Shown here in pieces: positions 27,999-37,747 of a DNA stretch of 64,000 bases. The translations under genes and the position numbers were made by a program. Origin of the DNA: a bacterium (GTDB lineage Bacteria; Actinomycetota; Acidimicrobiia; Acidimicrobiales; Bin134); the NCBI GenBank assembly GCA_026705465.1, contig JAPPAP010000004.1:20337-84336 (forward strand), in the 5' to 3' direction. Every line of letters starts with the position of its first letter. Positions within the stretch are counted from its first letter, which is position 1. A model generated the notes under the pieces. The model did no database searches. It worked only from the letters and a program-made list of their open reading frames with translations, and had not been told where the DNA came from.

Positions 27999-29045
27999 CT
28001 ACAGCGCCTGCTCAATCCAGCCGGTGTCGCCCGCTTCCCAGGCGTCGAGGTGGTGGGCCAGGTTCTCGGTGTTGAGGGGGATCTGCGTGAACGCCGGCCA
28101 CGAGCGCATCTTGCCCTCCACGGTCAGCGCCAGTCCTCGGGGCACCACCGCCGATTCCACGAATATCCAGTAGATGATGCAGTAGTGGACCCACTTGGGG
28201 TCGGGCTCGGCGCCGGTGGCCGCCGCGTACAACCCGGCCAGTTCGTCCCAGGTCACCAGCATGCCCATCAGCTCGGGATGTCGGCGGCGCGACAGCGGGT
28301 GGCAGAAGAAGCCCAAGTCCAACAGCGGCGGCCCCACTGCGGCCCGCTCCCAGTCGAGCACCGCCACCAACTCGTCGCCCTGAAAGGCCAGGTTGCCGAT
28401 TCGAAAATCGCCGTGGCTGAGCACCGGCGCAGCGTCGGGCATCTCGGGGGCGTGATCGAGCAGGAACCGGGCGGCGTCTCGCAGGATGGGCAGCGGCGCC
28501 CACTTGGAGTACACATCGCGCTCCACGTTGCCCATCCAGCGGTTGACCAGTCCGGCCATCAGATCGGCCCCTGAGGCCCCCGGCGGGCCGGTAACCAGCT
28601 CGGGCAAGCCGGCCGACGCCCAGTCGAGCCGGTGGAGCTTGCCCATCACGTCCACGATCTGCTCGGCTGCCCGGCGACGACCGGCCTCGGTCTGCCAGAC
28701 AGGCCAGTCGTCGAGGTGGGCCAGATGGGGAAAGTCGGCATCCACGTGGGCCATGGCGAAGAACGGCTGCCCGATCAGGTCGGGATCGTCACACGCCCCC
28801 AACAGGTCGGGCACCGGAATGCCGGCGGAGGCCGCGGCCCGGTGTACCGCCACTTCTTTGTGCACGTCGTAGGGGTCGATGGTGCCGTATGCAGGCGCCC
28901 GCTTGATCACCGCCCGCTCGCCATCCTCGAACGCAGCGGTGAAGACGTCCCAGGAGAGGCCGCCGGTGCGAGCCTCCACCCCGACCATGCTGCGGCCGAA
29001 CCAGTCGGCCAAGTTTGCCTCTTGCTCTGGGGTGAGCGCGGTCAC
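27999..29045 (-). CDS. Phosphotransferase (APH/choline-kinase-like) family protein
   Basis: Kinase catalytic motif LSHGDFRIGNL and DWE. This is the family type often found next to acyl-CoA dehydrogenases in actinobacteria. Confidence 0.85.
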   Translation of the reverse strand: MTALTPEQEANLADWFGRSMVGVEARTGGLSWDVFTAAFEDGERAVIKRAPAYGTIDPYDVHKEVAVHRAAASAGIPVPDLLGACDDPDLIGQPFFAMAHVDADFPHLAHLDDWPVWQTEAGRRRAAEQIVDVMGKLHRLDWASAGLPELVTGPPGASGADLMAGLVNRWMGNVERDVYSKWAPLPILRDAARFLLDHAPEMPDAAPVLSHGDFRIGNLAFQGDELVAVLDWERAAVGPPLLDLGFFCHPLSRRRHPELMGMLVTWDELAGLYAAATGAEPDPKWVHYCIIYWIFVESAVVPRGLALTVEGKMRSWPAFTQIPLNTENLAHHLDAWEAGDTGWIEQAL

Positions 29046-29515
29046 TGGCGGGTGACGAACTCGATGAGGATGCCGTCGGGATCGCGCACTGCGAACGCGC
29101 GAATCGACGACCGGCCCACCTTCAGCGATCCCGGCGGGCCGAGAATGTCGACTCCCGCGGCCGACAGGCGCTCATGGAGCGCATCTACATCGTCGACTCC
29201 CACCGCAATGCGGGGGATGCCGATGCTCTTCCAGGTGAGGGGTCGACCCGGATCGGGGGTGTTCCACTCCAGAAGATCGATGTAAGGGCCCCGGAGGTTG
29301 TCGCCAAAGGCCAAGAACGCGGCCCGGTGGCCGGTGTCGCCGGTCTCTCCCTGGCTCTCCATGAACTCGCTGCGGTCTTTGGCCGATTCGTCCACCACCA
29401 CGCCGCCGAGCAGGTCTCGGTAGAACTCCAGCGAGCGGTCCAAGTCGCTCACACAGAGATTGACGTGGATGAGGTGGTCCATGCGCATGACCTGAGAGGC
29501 TACCGGCTCTGACAA
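29042..29515 (-). CDS. VOC (glyoxalase/bleomycin resistance/dioxygenase) family protein
   Basis: HVNLCVSDLDRSLEFYRDLLG motif. 4-nt overlap with the downstream kinase gene. Confidence 0.8.
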   Translation of the reverse strand: MSEPVASQVMRMDHLIHVNLCVSDLDRSLEFYRDLLGGVVVDESAKDRSEFMESQGETGDTGHRAAFLAFGDNLRGPYIDLLEWNTPDPGRPLTWKSIGIPRIAVGVDDVDALHERLSAAGVDILGPPGSLKVGRSSIRAFAVRDPDGILIEFVTRQ

Positions 29516-29549
29516 AGCCCGCTCATCGGTGGGTTATCGTCGGAGCGCT

Positions 29550-31037
29550 ATGAGCTTCGCCTCGCTCCTGCTGGAGCCCGAGCTTCCCGCTGAACCGGAA
29601 ACCCCGGGAGTGATCGTCGCTCGGTCCGATGGAGATGAGATCACCTCCTACTTCGATCTGGTGGATGCGGCCAAACGAGTGGCCGCCACCCTGGCTGACG
29701 CCGGGGTGCCTCCCCGCACACCAGTGGCCTGCCTATTGCCTCCCAGCGCCGACGTGGTGGCCGCCTTCTTCGGGACGTGGACAGCCGATTGCGTATACGT
29801 GCCGGTGAACCCCCGCCTGTCCGACACCGAGATCGACTACATCCTCGACGACGTGAGTCCCGCCGCGGTGATCGGCTCTGCCGAACAGCTCGACCGGGTG
29901 CAGGCCCCGGTGACCCTGGTTGCCGCTGACGGCAATCTGGGCTGGTCTGTGGCCCAGACCCGGACTGTCAAGGCCAATTCCCACGATCCGGGCATCGCCA
30001 TCGTGTCGTTCACCTCGGGCACCACCGGTCGGCCCAAGCCCATCGAATTGCAGTCCAGCGCCGTCGTGCGACTCATGGACACCATCATCTCCACCGTGCG
30101 CAAGGGTCGGGAGCTCACCGAGCGCCCGACCATGCCCCATGTCATCCCGGTGTCCACCTCGCTGTGGGCCGGGATCTACAACGTGATCTTCGCGGTGCGC
30201 ACCGGCAGCCCCGCTTTGCTGATGCCCAAGTTCGACGCCTTGGAGTACGCCCGCGTGGTTCACAAGTACCAGATCGCCTCCACCGTGATCCCCCCGGCCG
30301 CCATCACCATGCTCAACGACGAACCCGGCATCGAGAGCCTTGATCCATTGAAGATCGTCCGCTCTATCACTGCGCCGCTCTCGCCGTTGCAGGCCCGTCG
30401 CTTCTATGAGCGGTTCGGGGTGATGGTGCTCAACGGATACGGGCAGACCGAGGTGGGCGGCGAGATCGTGGGCTGGACCGCCCGGGATTTCCGGGAGCAC
30501 ACCGACAAGCTGGGAGCGGTGGGCCGCCCCTATGAGGGGGTGGAGCTGCGGTTCGGAGACAAGGACGTGCTGTGGGTTCGCACCGCCTACACCGCTTCAT
30601 TGGACCCGGAAGGACGGCTCGGAGACCGGCTCGACGGCGACGGCTACTTCCGCACCGGCGACATCGCCCGCCTTGACGAAGACGGCTTCTTGTGGATCGA
30701 GGGCCGGGAGTCGGACATGATCAACCGAGGCGGGCTCAAGGTCTTCCCCGCCGAGGTGGAAGAGGTGTTGCTGTTGTCGAACGCAGTGTCCGACGCCGCG
30801 GTGGTGGGGGTGCCCGATGCCCGCCTCGGCGAGGTGCCCCACGCCTTTGTGGTGCCCGCTGACAGCGGTGAACCGCCGAGCGCAGACGATTTGGAACAGC
30901 TGTGCCGCCAGCACTTGGCCCCCTTCAAGGTGCCGGTCGCCTTCGAGACCCTCGATGTGCTGCCCCGAAGCGAGGTGGGCAAGGTGCTGCGCCGAGTGCT
31001 GGTCGACCGGGCCGCCGCACCACAAGACGGCCCATGA
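29550..31037 (+). CDS. AMP-dependent acyl-CoA synthetase/ligase (3 of 4)
   Basis: AMP-binding motifs (VSFTSGTTGRPKP, NGYGQTEVGG, YFRTGD, SEVGKVLRR). Start could be 29529 or 29550. Confidence 0.85.
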   Translation: MSFASLLLEPELPAEPETPGVIVARSDGDEITSYFDLVDAAKRVAATLADAGVPPRTPVACLLPPSADVVAAFFGTWTADCVYVPVNPRLSDTEIDYILDDVSPAAVIGSAEQLDRVQAPVTLVAADGNLGWSVAQTRTVKANSHDPGIAIVSFTSGTTGRPKPIELQSSAVVRLMDTIISTVRKGRELTERPTMPHVIPVSTSLWAGIYNVIFAVRTGSPALLMPKFDALEYARVVHKYQIASTVIPPAAITMLNDEPGIESLDPLKIVRSITAPLSPLQARRFYERFGVMVLNGYGQTEVGGEIVGWTARDFREHTDKLGAVGRPYEGVELRFGDKDVLWVRTAYTASLDPEGRLGDRLDGDGYFRTGDIARLDEDGFLWIEGRESDMINRGGLKVFPAEVEEVLLLSNAVSDAAVVGVPDARLGEVPHAFVVPADSGEPPSADDLEQLCRQHLAPFKVPVAFETLDVLPRSEVGKVLRRVLVDRAAAPQDGP

Positions 31038-32278
31038 GCGACTTCGACCTGCTGGCCATCGACCGGGAAACCGCCGTCGACGAAGCGGAGAAGATCGTCG
31101 ACCAATGGGTGGCCCTAACGGTGCCGGTCGAATGGCAGGATGCCGCCCGCACCGGAGGCAGGGCAGCCCTGCACAGGGTCCGCACGCCAGCCGACTACGA
31201 CGCCTGGTACCCCGCTTTCGCCCACAGCGGGCTGGTGGTTCCCACCTGGCCCCGCCAATTCGGCGGCCTGGGAGTGGGCAACCGGGTGTCCCGGGCCATC
31301 GAGGCCCGGCTGGCCCCCTACAACCTGGTGCGGCGCAACCAGCTCGGTCTCACCCTGGCCGGTCCCACCATCTTGACCTTCGGAACCGACGAGCAGCAGG
31401 CCCGGCTGATTCCGCCCATCGTCACCGCCGAGCAGATCTGGTGCCAGTTCTTCAGCGAGCCCGACGCCGGGTCCGATCTGGCCTCACTGGCCACCCGGGC
31501 GGTGCGCGACGGCGAGGAGTGGGTGCTCACCGGCCAAAAGGTGTGGTCCACCCAGGCAATGGTCGCCGACTACGCCATTTGCCTGGCCCGCACCGACCCC
31601 GACGCCCAAAAGAGGGCTGGCATTACCTACTTCCTCCTGAACATGCGCCAAACCGGCATCGACGTGCGCCCGTTGCGCACCATTAGCGGCGAGGAGGAGT
31701 TCGCTGAGACGTTCATCGACGGGGCCCGGGTGTCTGACCGCGATGTGCTGGGGGAGGTCAACGATGGCTGGCGGCTGGCCAACGCCACATTGAGTGGCGA
31801 GCGTCTGGCGGTGTCGGGACCGGGGTCGGGGGGCCAAAGCCGCATCGGGTCGGGCACTGAGCGCCTCATCGAGCGGGCCCGGGAGTCGGGACGATGGGGT
31901 GACCGGGTGGTGCGCCAGCAGCTCATGCGGCTGTGGTCCGAGGAGCAGATCGTGCGCTGGACCAATGCCCGGGTGCGCGACACCCTGCGGGCAGGCCGAC
32001 CGCCGGGGCCGGAGGCGTCGGTGGGCAAGCTCATGTACAGCCAGCTCAACCAAAGAGTGCAGGCCACCGGGGTGGATCTGCTGGGCGCACCGGCCATGGC
32101 CTGGGCCGAGGGCCACATCGCCGACTACGTGGTGCTCAACTTCCTGCACAGCCGAGCCGAGACCATCGCCGGGGGCACCACCGAGGTACAGCGCAACATC
32201 GTGGGCGAGCGAGCTCTGGGCCTGCCCCGTGAACCCGACCCTTACAAGGACCTGGCCTGGAAAGATGTGCCTCGATGA
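31034..32278 (+). CDS. Acyl-CoA dehydrogenase
   Basis: The ATG overlaps the upstream TGA (ATGA at 31034-37). ACAD sequence (FSEPDAGSDLASL, LTGQKVWST, GGTTEVQRN). Confidence 0.9.
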   Translation: MSDFDLLAIDRETAVDEAEKIVDQWVALTVPVEWQDAARTGGRAALHRVRTPADYDAWYPAFAHSGLVVPTWPRQFGGLGVGNRVSRAIEARLAPYNLVRRNQLGLTLAGPTILTFGTDEQQARLIPPIVTAEQIWCQFFSEPDAGSDLASLATRAVRDGEEWVLTGQKVWSTQAMVADYAICLARTDPDAQKRAGITYFLLNMRQTGIDVRPLRTISGEEEFAETFIDGARVSDRDVLGEVNDGWRLANATLSGERLAVSGPGSGGQSRIGSGTERLIERARESGRWGDRVVRQQLMRLWSEEQIVRWTNARVRDTLRAGRPPGPEASVGKLMYSQLNQRVQATGVDLLGAPAMAWAEGHIADYVVLNFLHSRAETIAGGTTEVQRNIVGERALGLPREPDPYKDLAWKDVPR

Positions 32279-32322
32279 TCGTATTGGTCTTGGAGCCTGT
32301 GCCCCGATGATCGGAGCGAGCT

Positions 32323-32691
32323 GTGTTCTATGAGCTGATGGGGGCGCTGTTGAAGGCCGCGGCCGATCCGGTGGCCACCCAGAACCCCCAAGGCGACGAC
32401 GTCGATCGGTTCCACGCCCAGCGCGTGGCCCAAATGCTGGAGCGCATCGGCGGGGCTTGGCCCTACCTGTGGGCCACCCTTGGCCAAGAGAACGAGATCT
32501 TGGCCGATGCCCTGGGAGTCGAGCCCGAAGACGGCGGCCCCCTGGCCGAGAACCGCCGCCTGCTGGAACTGGCCGAGCACACCATGGCCACCACCGACGA
32601 CGTCGATGCCCGACGCCGGCTTCGGACCGCTCTGGCCGAAGCCGCCCACTTGCAGCGGGCCGCCCTGCGGGCCGGCCGCCAGGCCCGCTGA
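32323..32691 (+). CDS. Hypothetical protein (122 aa)
   Basis: GTG-start ORF with strong GC3 bias. No recognised domain. Confidence 0.5.
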   Translation: MFYELMGALLKAAADPVATQNPQGDDVDRFHAQRVAQMLERIGGAWPYLWATLGQENEILADALGVEPEDGGPLAENRRLLELAEHTMATTDDVDARRRLRTALAEAAHLQRAALRAGRQAR

Positions 32692-32741
32692 ACGGAATCT
32701 CCGCCTGTTCCCTCAGAAATAGCGCGGGTACTCTCGTAGCC

Positions 32742-33923
32742 ATGACTGCGCTCGACTACCGGCTGGTGGACGCCGACAACCACTGCTTCGAGCCCCGGGA
32801 CTCCTTCACCCGCTACATCGATCCCGCCTTCCGCGATCAGGCCGTGCACCAGGAGATCCGCGATGACGGCAAAGAGTGGATCATGATCGGCGAGCAGCCG
32901 CTCACCTTCCTGCCGGGCCACGACCTGTACGACAACGTGGGCAAACCCGGCTCGCTCAAAGAGAAGCTGCGCCGCATGAAAAAGACCGGTGAGGCCGAGG
33001 AGTTCTCCATCTTCGAGCCGGTGCGCCCCGAATATCTGGACCGCGACCTGCGCCTCGACGTCATGGACGCCCAAAACGTGGAGGCCTGCCTGATGTTCCC
33101 GTCGGTGGGGGTCACCGTGGAGCACTTCATGGCCACCCCCGAGCAGTGCTACGCCAACTTCCACGCTTTCAACCGCTGGATCCAAGACGACTGGGGTTTC
33201 GCCTACCAAAACCGCATCTTCGCCCCGCCCATGATGTCGCTTTGGGACCTCGACGCCGCGGTGGCCGAACTGGAGTGGGTGCTGAGCGAGGGCGCCAAGG
33301 TCATCGCCCTGCGCCCCGGCCCCCAGTACGGCCGCTCGCCGTCCGACCCGTACTTCAACCCGTTCTGGGCTCGGCTGAACGAGGCCGGGGGCTCGGTGGC
33401 CTTCCACCTCACCGAGTCGGGCTACAACGAGATGGTGTCTCCCCATTGGGGCTATGAGCCCAACCCGTCGAACTTCACCATGTCGGCCTGGCAGTGGACC
33501 AACTGCTATGGCGACCGCCCCATCATGGAGACGCTGTCGGCCCTGGTGTTCGAGAACTTCTTCGGCCGCTTTCCCAACATCACCGCGGTATCGGTGGAGA
33601 ACGGCGCCGAGTGGGCCCCGTATCTGGTGCGGCTCATGAACAAGATGCGGGGCATGGGCCGCAACGGGCCGTGGATCGGCGGGCGGCTACCGGCCCGCCC
33701 CCCAGAGATCTTCGCCCAACACGTGCTGGTTACCCCCTACCCCGAAGACGACGTCGCCGCCATCGTGCGCGACATGGGCCCCGACTCCATCGTGTTGGGC
33801 TCCGACTGGCCCCACGCCGAGGGCCTCCCCCAGCCCGCCGACTTCATCCACCAACTGGAGACCCTGCCCGCCGAAGAGCAGCGCAAGATCATGCGCGACA
33901 ACGGACTTCGCCTGGTGAGCTGA
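32742..33923 (+). CDS. Amidohydrolase_2 family protein (2 of 3)
   Basis: MTALDYRLVDADNHCFEP at the N-terminus and LGSDWPHAEG near the C-terminus. The upstream part of the ORF-track entry is rejected. Confidence 0.85.
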   Translation: MTALDYRLVDADNHCFEPRDSFTRYIDPAFRDQAVHQEIRDDGKEWIMIGEQPLTFLPGHDLYDNVGKPGSLKEKLRRMKKTGEAEEFSIFEPVRPEYLDRDLRLDVMDAQNVEACLMFPSVGVTVEHFMATPEQCYANFHAFNRWIQDDWGFAYQNRIFAPPMMSLWDLDAAVAELEWVLSEGAKVIALRPGPQYGRSPSDPYFNPFWARLNEAGGSVAFHLTESGYNEMVSPHWGYEPNPSNFTMSAWQWTNCYGDRPIMETLSALVFENFFGRFPNITAVSVENGAEWAPYLVRLMNKMRGMGRNGPWIGGRLPARPPEIFAQHVLVTPYPEDDVAAIVRDMGPDSIVLGSDWPHAEGLPQPADFIHQLETLPAEEQRKIMRDNGLRLVS

Positions 33924-33960
33924 CGCTCGATATCCCACGGGGCCGAAGCCGGCCCCAGTC

Positions 33961-35094
33961 TCAGGATTCCTTGAGCGTGGGGGTGTAGTTCTCGAGCTCG
34001 GGGATGATCTCTTTGCCTATGAGTTCGATGGTGCGCATGATCGACTCGTGGGAGTGGTAGCCGAACTGCACGTAGCAGATGAGCTGGTCGACGCCGAGGT
34101 CGGCGTAGTGCTTCATCTTCTCGTAGCAAGTGTCCACGTCGCCCACCACGATCATGTCGGCCTCGTCGAAGTGGTGGATCAGGTCGTCGATCCCCTCCTC
34201 CATGAGCGGCTTGAGCAGCGGGAACGTGGCGTCCCGCTCCTCTTGCGACAGCTCGGGCAGCTCCCAATCCAGGGTGAACTGGGCCAGATTGGTGTACCAC
34301 CACTCCACTGACTTCCAGACCTCGTTGTCCAGCACCTGCTGGGGTGAGTCGGCGCAGTGCACCAGGGTGTAGGCCGCGGTGGCGTTGGTAGTCACGTCGG
34401 TGATGGGCTCGGGGTTCTCGGCCGCGGCCCGGTAGTTGCGGATGTGACGGGCCATGGCCTCCAGCGGCTGCATAATCGAGAACGACAGCATGCCCATGCC
34501 CGCCTTGCCGGCCACTGCCGCGGAGTTCTCCGAGGCGCACGCCATCCACGCCGGCGGATGGGGGTACTGCATCGGCTTGGGGGTGACCATGCGCTTGGGG
34601 AACTTGAATCGGGGCGAGTCGTACTCGAAGTACTCCTCCCGCCACATGCCGCACACGATCTCAATGGCCTCCTGCCAGTCGTCGCGGGAGCGTTCCCGGT
34701 CGACCCCGAAGGCAATCTGCTCCATCGGGGTAGAGCGCCCGGTGCCCCACACCGCCCGACCGTTGGACAAGATGTCGACGGTGGCCACCTTCTCGGCGAT
34801 GCGCTGGGGCGGGATGAACCCGAATGGGGTCAATGTCACGCCGAAGCCCATCTTGATGTTCTCGGTCACCATCGACAGGGCGCCAAGCAGCACCTCAGAG
34901 GCGGGGCAGTGCGAGCGTCCCTCCCGGAAGTGGTGCTCCACCGCCCAGATGGTGTTGAACCCGAAGGTGTCGGCCAGCTTGATCTGCTCGACAGCGTCCT
35001 TGTAGGCCTTCTGCTCCCGCTCCCTTTGACCCCAGGGATGGGGCTTTCCCCACGGCTTGGGCGCATCCACTTCGTACAGCAAGTCCAACTTCAT
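33961..35094 (-). CDS. LLM-class flavin-dependent oxidoreductase/monooxygenase
   Basis: Luciferase-like sequence (FNTIWAVEHHF, VATVDILSNGRAVWGTGRS). Start at MKLDLLYE (35094). Confidence 0.85.
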   Translation of the reverse strand: MKLDLLYEVDAPKPWGKPHPWGQREREQKAYKDAVEQIKLADTFGFNTIWAVEHHFREGRSHCPASEVLLGALSMVTENIKMGFGVTLTPFGFIPPQRIAEKVATVDILSNGRAVWGTGRSTPMEQIAFGVDRERSRDDWQEAIEIVCGMWREEYFEYDSPRFKFPKRMVTPKPMQYPHPPAWMACASENSAAVAGKAGMGMLSFSIMQPLEAMARHIRNYRAAAENPEPITDVTTNATAAYTLVHCADSPQQVLDNEVWKSVEWWYTNLAQFTLDWELPELSQEERDATFPLLKPLMEEGIDDLIHHFDEADMIVVGDVDTCYEKMKHYADLGVDQLICYVQFGYHSHESIMRTIELIGKEIIPELENYTPTLKES

Positions 35095-35122
35095 GGCGGT
35101 GACGTTACCGACCAGTCTTCGC

Positions 35123-36004
35123 TCAGCGCATCTTGGAGCCTGCGGCGGGGCCGACTTCAGCCTCAACATCGGCCGCCAGCCGGAAACCCATGTTCCCGGT
35201 GGTGGACGTGGGGTCGTTGGCGTGGCGGGCCGCCACCCGGTAGCGGTTGCAATAGGAGTCGTGGCACAGGTACGACCCGCCCCGGATAGCCCTCACCCGA
35301 CCCTCGGACGGCCCCGCCGGATCGATTAGGGGCCGCTCGGGCGGGAACCGGTTGTCGAACCAGTCGGCGCACCACTCCCAAACGTTGCCCGAGCAGTTGT
35401 AGAGGCCGAATCCGTTGGGCTCGTATTCATTCACTGGCGCAGTACCCACAAAGCCGTCCTCCGCGGTGTTGTGGCTGGGGAACTCCCCCTCCCAGATGTT
35501 CAAACGGGGCACCCCGTCGGGGCTCATCTCGTCGCCCCATGGCAGCCGGGCTTGCACCAGCCCGCCCCGAGCGGCGTGCTCCCACTCGGCCTCGGTGGAC
35601 AGCCGGGCCCCGTACCAGGCCGCGCAGGCCGCGGCGTCGAACCACGACACATGCACCACCGGGTGGTCGCCCCGATTTTCCACCGAAGACTGCGGGCCCT
35701 CGGGGCGAGACCAACACGCCCCCTCCACTTGGCGCCACCATTCGGCACCCACCACCCCCCGGGTGGGCTGAAAGTCGTCGGGCAAAAGCCCGCCGAACAC
35801 GAACGACCACCCCTCCCGCTCGGCAATGGTCACATGCCCGGTGGCCGATGCGAACGCGGCAAACTCATCATTGGTCACCGCGGTGGCCGCGATCTGGTAC
35901 GGGCTCAACACCACTTCGCGCACCGGCCCCTCGCCGTCGCCCTCGAACCACACCTCATCGGTGCCCATGAGAAACGACCCGCCCTCCAGCGACACGAAAT
36001 CCAT
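35123..36004 (-). CDS. Formylglycine-generating enzyme (FGE/SUMF1) family protein
   Basis: FGE-sulfatase domain sequence (HPVVHVSWFDAAACAAW, LSTEAEWEHAARGG, WEWCADW, RGGSYLCHDSYCNRYRVAAR with the paired Cys). Confidence 0.85.
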   Translation of the reverse strand: MDFVSLEGGSFLMGTDEVWFEGDGEGPVREVVLSPYQIAATAVTNDEFAAFASATGHVTIAEREGWSFVFGGLLPDDFQPTRGVVGAEWWRQVEGACWSRPEGPQSSVENRGDHPVVHVSWFDAAACAAWYGARLSTEAEWEHAARGGLVQARLPWGDEMSPDGVPRLNIWEGEFPSHNTAEDGFVGTAPVNEYEPNGFGLYNCSGNVWEWCADWFDNRFPPERPLIDPAGPSEGRVRAIRGGSYLCHDSYCNRYRVAARHANDPTSTTGNMGFRLAADVEAEVGPAAGSKMR

Positions 36005-36026
36005 CCCTGGGTCCTACCATGAATTC

Positions 36027-36758
36027 ATGAAGACAACCGGAATCATCTTCGCCGGGCTCGATTGCGACGCCGATGCCATCGAAGGCTGGAACCGCTGGTA
36101 CGACCTAGAGCACCTGCCCCCCAACATCGCCCTGCAAGACGTGATGCACGGCCGCCGCTACGTGGCCCCGCCCAGCCATCAGGAGTTGCGGCCCGAGGAC
36201 TGCGATGAGGCGTTCTCCGGAGGTCGCAGCGCCTTTCTCACCATCTATTGGCTGTGCGGCGATGTGGACGGGGTGATGGCCACCATGACCGAGTACCGGG
36301 AGGTACTGGTGGAAGCCGACCGGATGTTCCCCGACGAGAAGAAGATCGTACGGTTGGGCGACGCCCTAGCCCTCGACTGGGCGGTGGCCGACCCAGCCCT
36401 GAAGGCCGACCCCGGCGACATCCCCCACATCTCCCATACCGACATTCACGTGGTGCTGCGCCGGGGACTCGTCGATCAACATTGGCACCAGGCCATCTAC
36501 GCCCCCGCCGCGGTGGCCGTTGACGGTGTGCACGCGGTGGCGTCGTTCACCTCCCGTTTCGCCCCCGACACCGCCATCGATCTGCATATGATCGAAGGCG
36601 ACCCTGCCGAGGTGGTTCCAGCGCTGCGGGCCGCCACTCCCTCCCGGCCCGTCACCACCGATGTCGGGATGGACGGGCCGTTCCAGCTCATCGAGCCGCT
36701 GCGCTACCCGTGGGCCGAGCAGATCCGCGGGTCATGGATGCCCCAAACGGTCGCCTGA
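36027..36758 (+). CDS. Hypothetical protein (243 aa)
   Basis: ATG at 36027 (MKTTGIIFAGLD...) with good GC3 bias. No confidently recognised domain. Confidence 0.5.
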   Translation: MKTTGIIFAGLDCDADAIEGWNRWYDLEHLPPNIALQDVMHGRRYVAPPSHQELRPEDCDEAFSGGRSAFLTIYWLCGDVDGVMATMTEYREVLVEADRMFPDEKKIVRLGDALALDWAVADPALKADPGDIPHISHTDIHVVLRRGLVDQHWHQAIYAPAAVAVDGVHAVASFTSRFAPDTAIDLHMIEGDPAEVVPALRAATPSRPVTTDVGMDGPFQLIEPLRYPWAEQIRGSWMPQTVA

Positions 36759-37744
36759 GCGACCCGGCCTCGCTTCGGCGGGCCAAGTGGCGAGCCACTG
36801 GCCTGCTGCTGGCCGCTGCCGTGTTGTTTGTGGTGATGCGGCTGCTCACCGAGGGCGACGGCTGGGCCGGCTACGTGGAGGCCGCCGCCGAGGCGGCCAT
36901 GATCGGTGGACTGGCCGACTGGTTCGCGGTGACCGCCTTGTTCAAACACCCGCTGGGGATCCCCATCCCCCACACCGCCATCATCCCCCGCCGCAAAGAC
37001 GCCATCGGCGCCAGCCTGGGCGAGTTCGTGCAGGACAACTTCTTCGAACCCGACGATCTGGCCCGATGGGTGGCCGATCGGGCCCCGGCCGAAGCCCTGG
37101 GCCGATGGTTGGCCACCGAGGGTGATGCCGGTCTGGTGTCGGGCCCAGCGCTGGGCCGGCTGCTGGAGTCGATGGTCGACGGTGGACACCACTGCTCCAT
37201 GGTCGACGCCGCCGTCGAGCGGGCCGATCGCTTCCTGGTGGACAACTACGAGGTGCTGCGGGATCGCATCGTGGAGGAAGCACCCATCTACACCCCCAAG
37301 GTGCTCGACCACCACATCTTCACTCGGCTCCACCGCGGCGTGCGGGGGGTGCTGGCCGACATGGGCGACGACCCCAATCACGAGTTGCGCCTGCGCATCG
37401 ATGCTGGCCTACGGAGCTACGCCCAGCGCCTCCAGACCAACCAGCGACTGGCCAGCCGGGTAGAGGCAGTTCTGGCTCGAGCCGGTGAGTCACTGCAAAG
37501 CGACTCCAGCCTCCAAGATCGGGTAGACGGCTGGTTGGTTTCTGCGGCGGGGCTGCTGGCCCGCCATGCCCAAGCCGAGGTGGCAAACGTGATCGGCAGC
37601 ACCGTGGCCCGCTGGGATGCCGACGACACCAGCGACCGCATCGAGCGCCGCGTGGGCCGCGATCTCCAATTCATCCGCATCAACGGCACCCTCATCGGCG
37701 CTCTCGCCGGCCTCGCCATCCACGGAATCAAACAGGTGCTTTAG
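36734..37744 (+). CDS. DUF445-type membrane-associated protein
   Basis: GGLADWFAVTALFKHPLGIPIPHTAIIPRRKD is characteristic of the DUF445 family, and there are N- and C-terminal hydrophobic segments. Start choice (36710 or 36734) is uncertain. Confidence 0.7.
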   Translation: MDAPNGRLSDPASLRRAKWRATGLLLAAAVLFVVMRLLTEGDGWAGYVEAAAEAAMIGGLADWFAVTALFKHPLGIPIPHTAIIPRRKDAIGASLGEFVQDNFFEPDDLARWVADRAPAEALGRWLATEGDAGLVSGPALGRLLESMVDGGHHCSMVDAAVERADRFLVDNYEVLRDRIVEEAPIYTPKVLDHHIFTRLHRGVRGVLADMGDDPNHELRLRIDAGLRSYAQRLQTNQRLASRVEAVLARAGESLQSDSSLQDRVDGWLVSAAGLLARHAQAEVANVIGSTVARWDADDTSDRIERRVGRDLQFIRINGTLIGALAGLAIHGIKQVL

Positions 37745-37747
37745 TAA

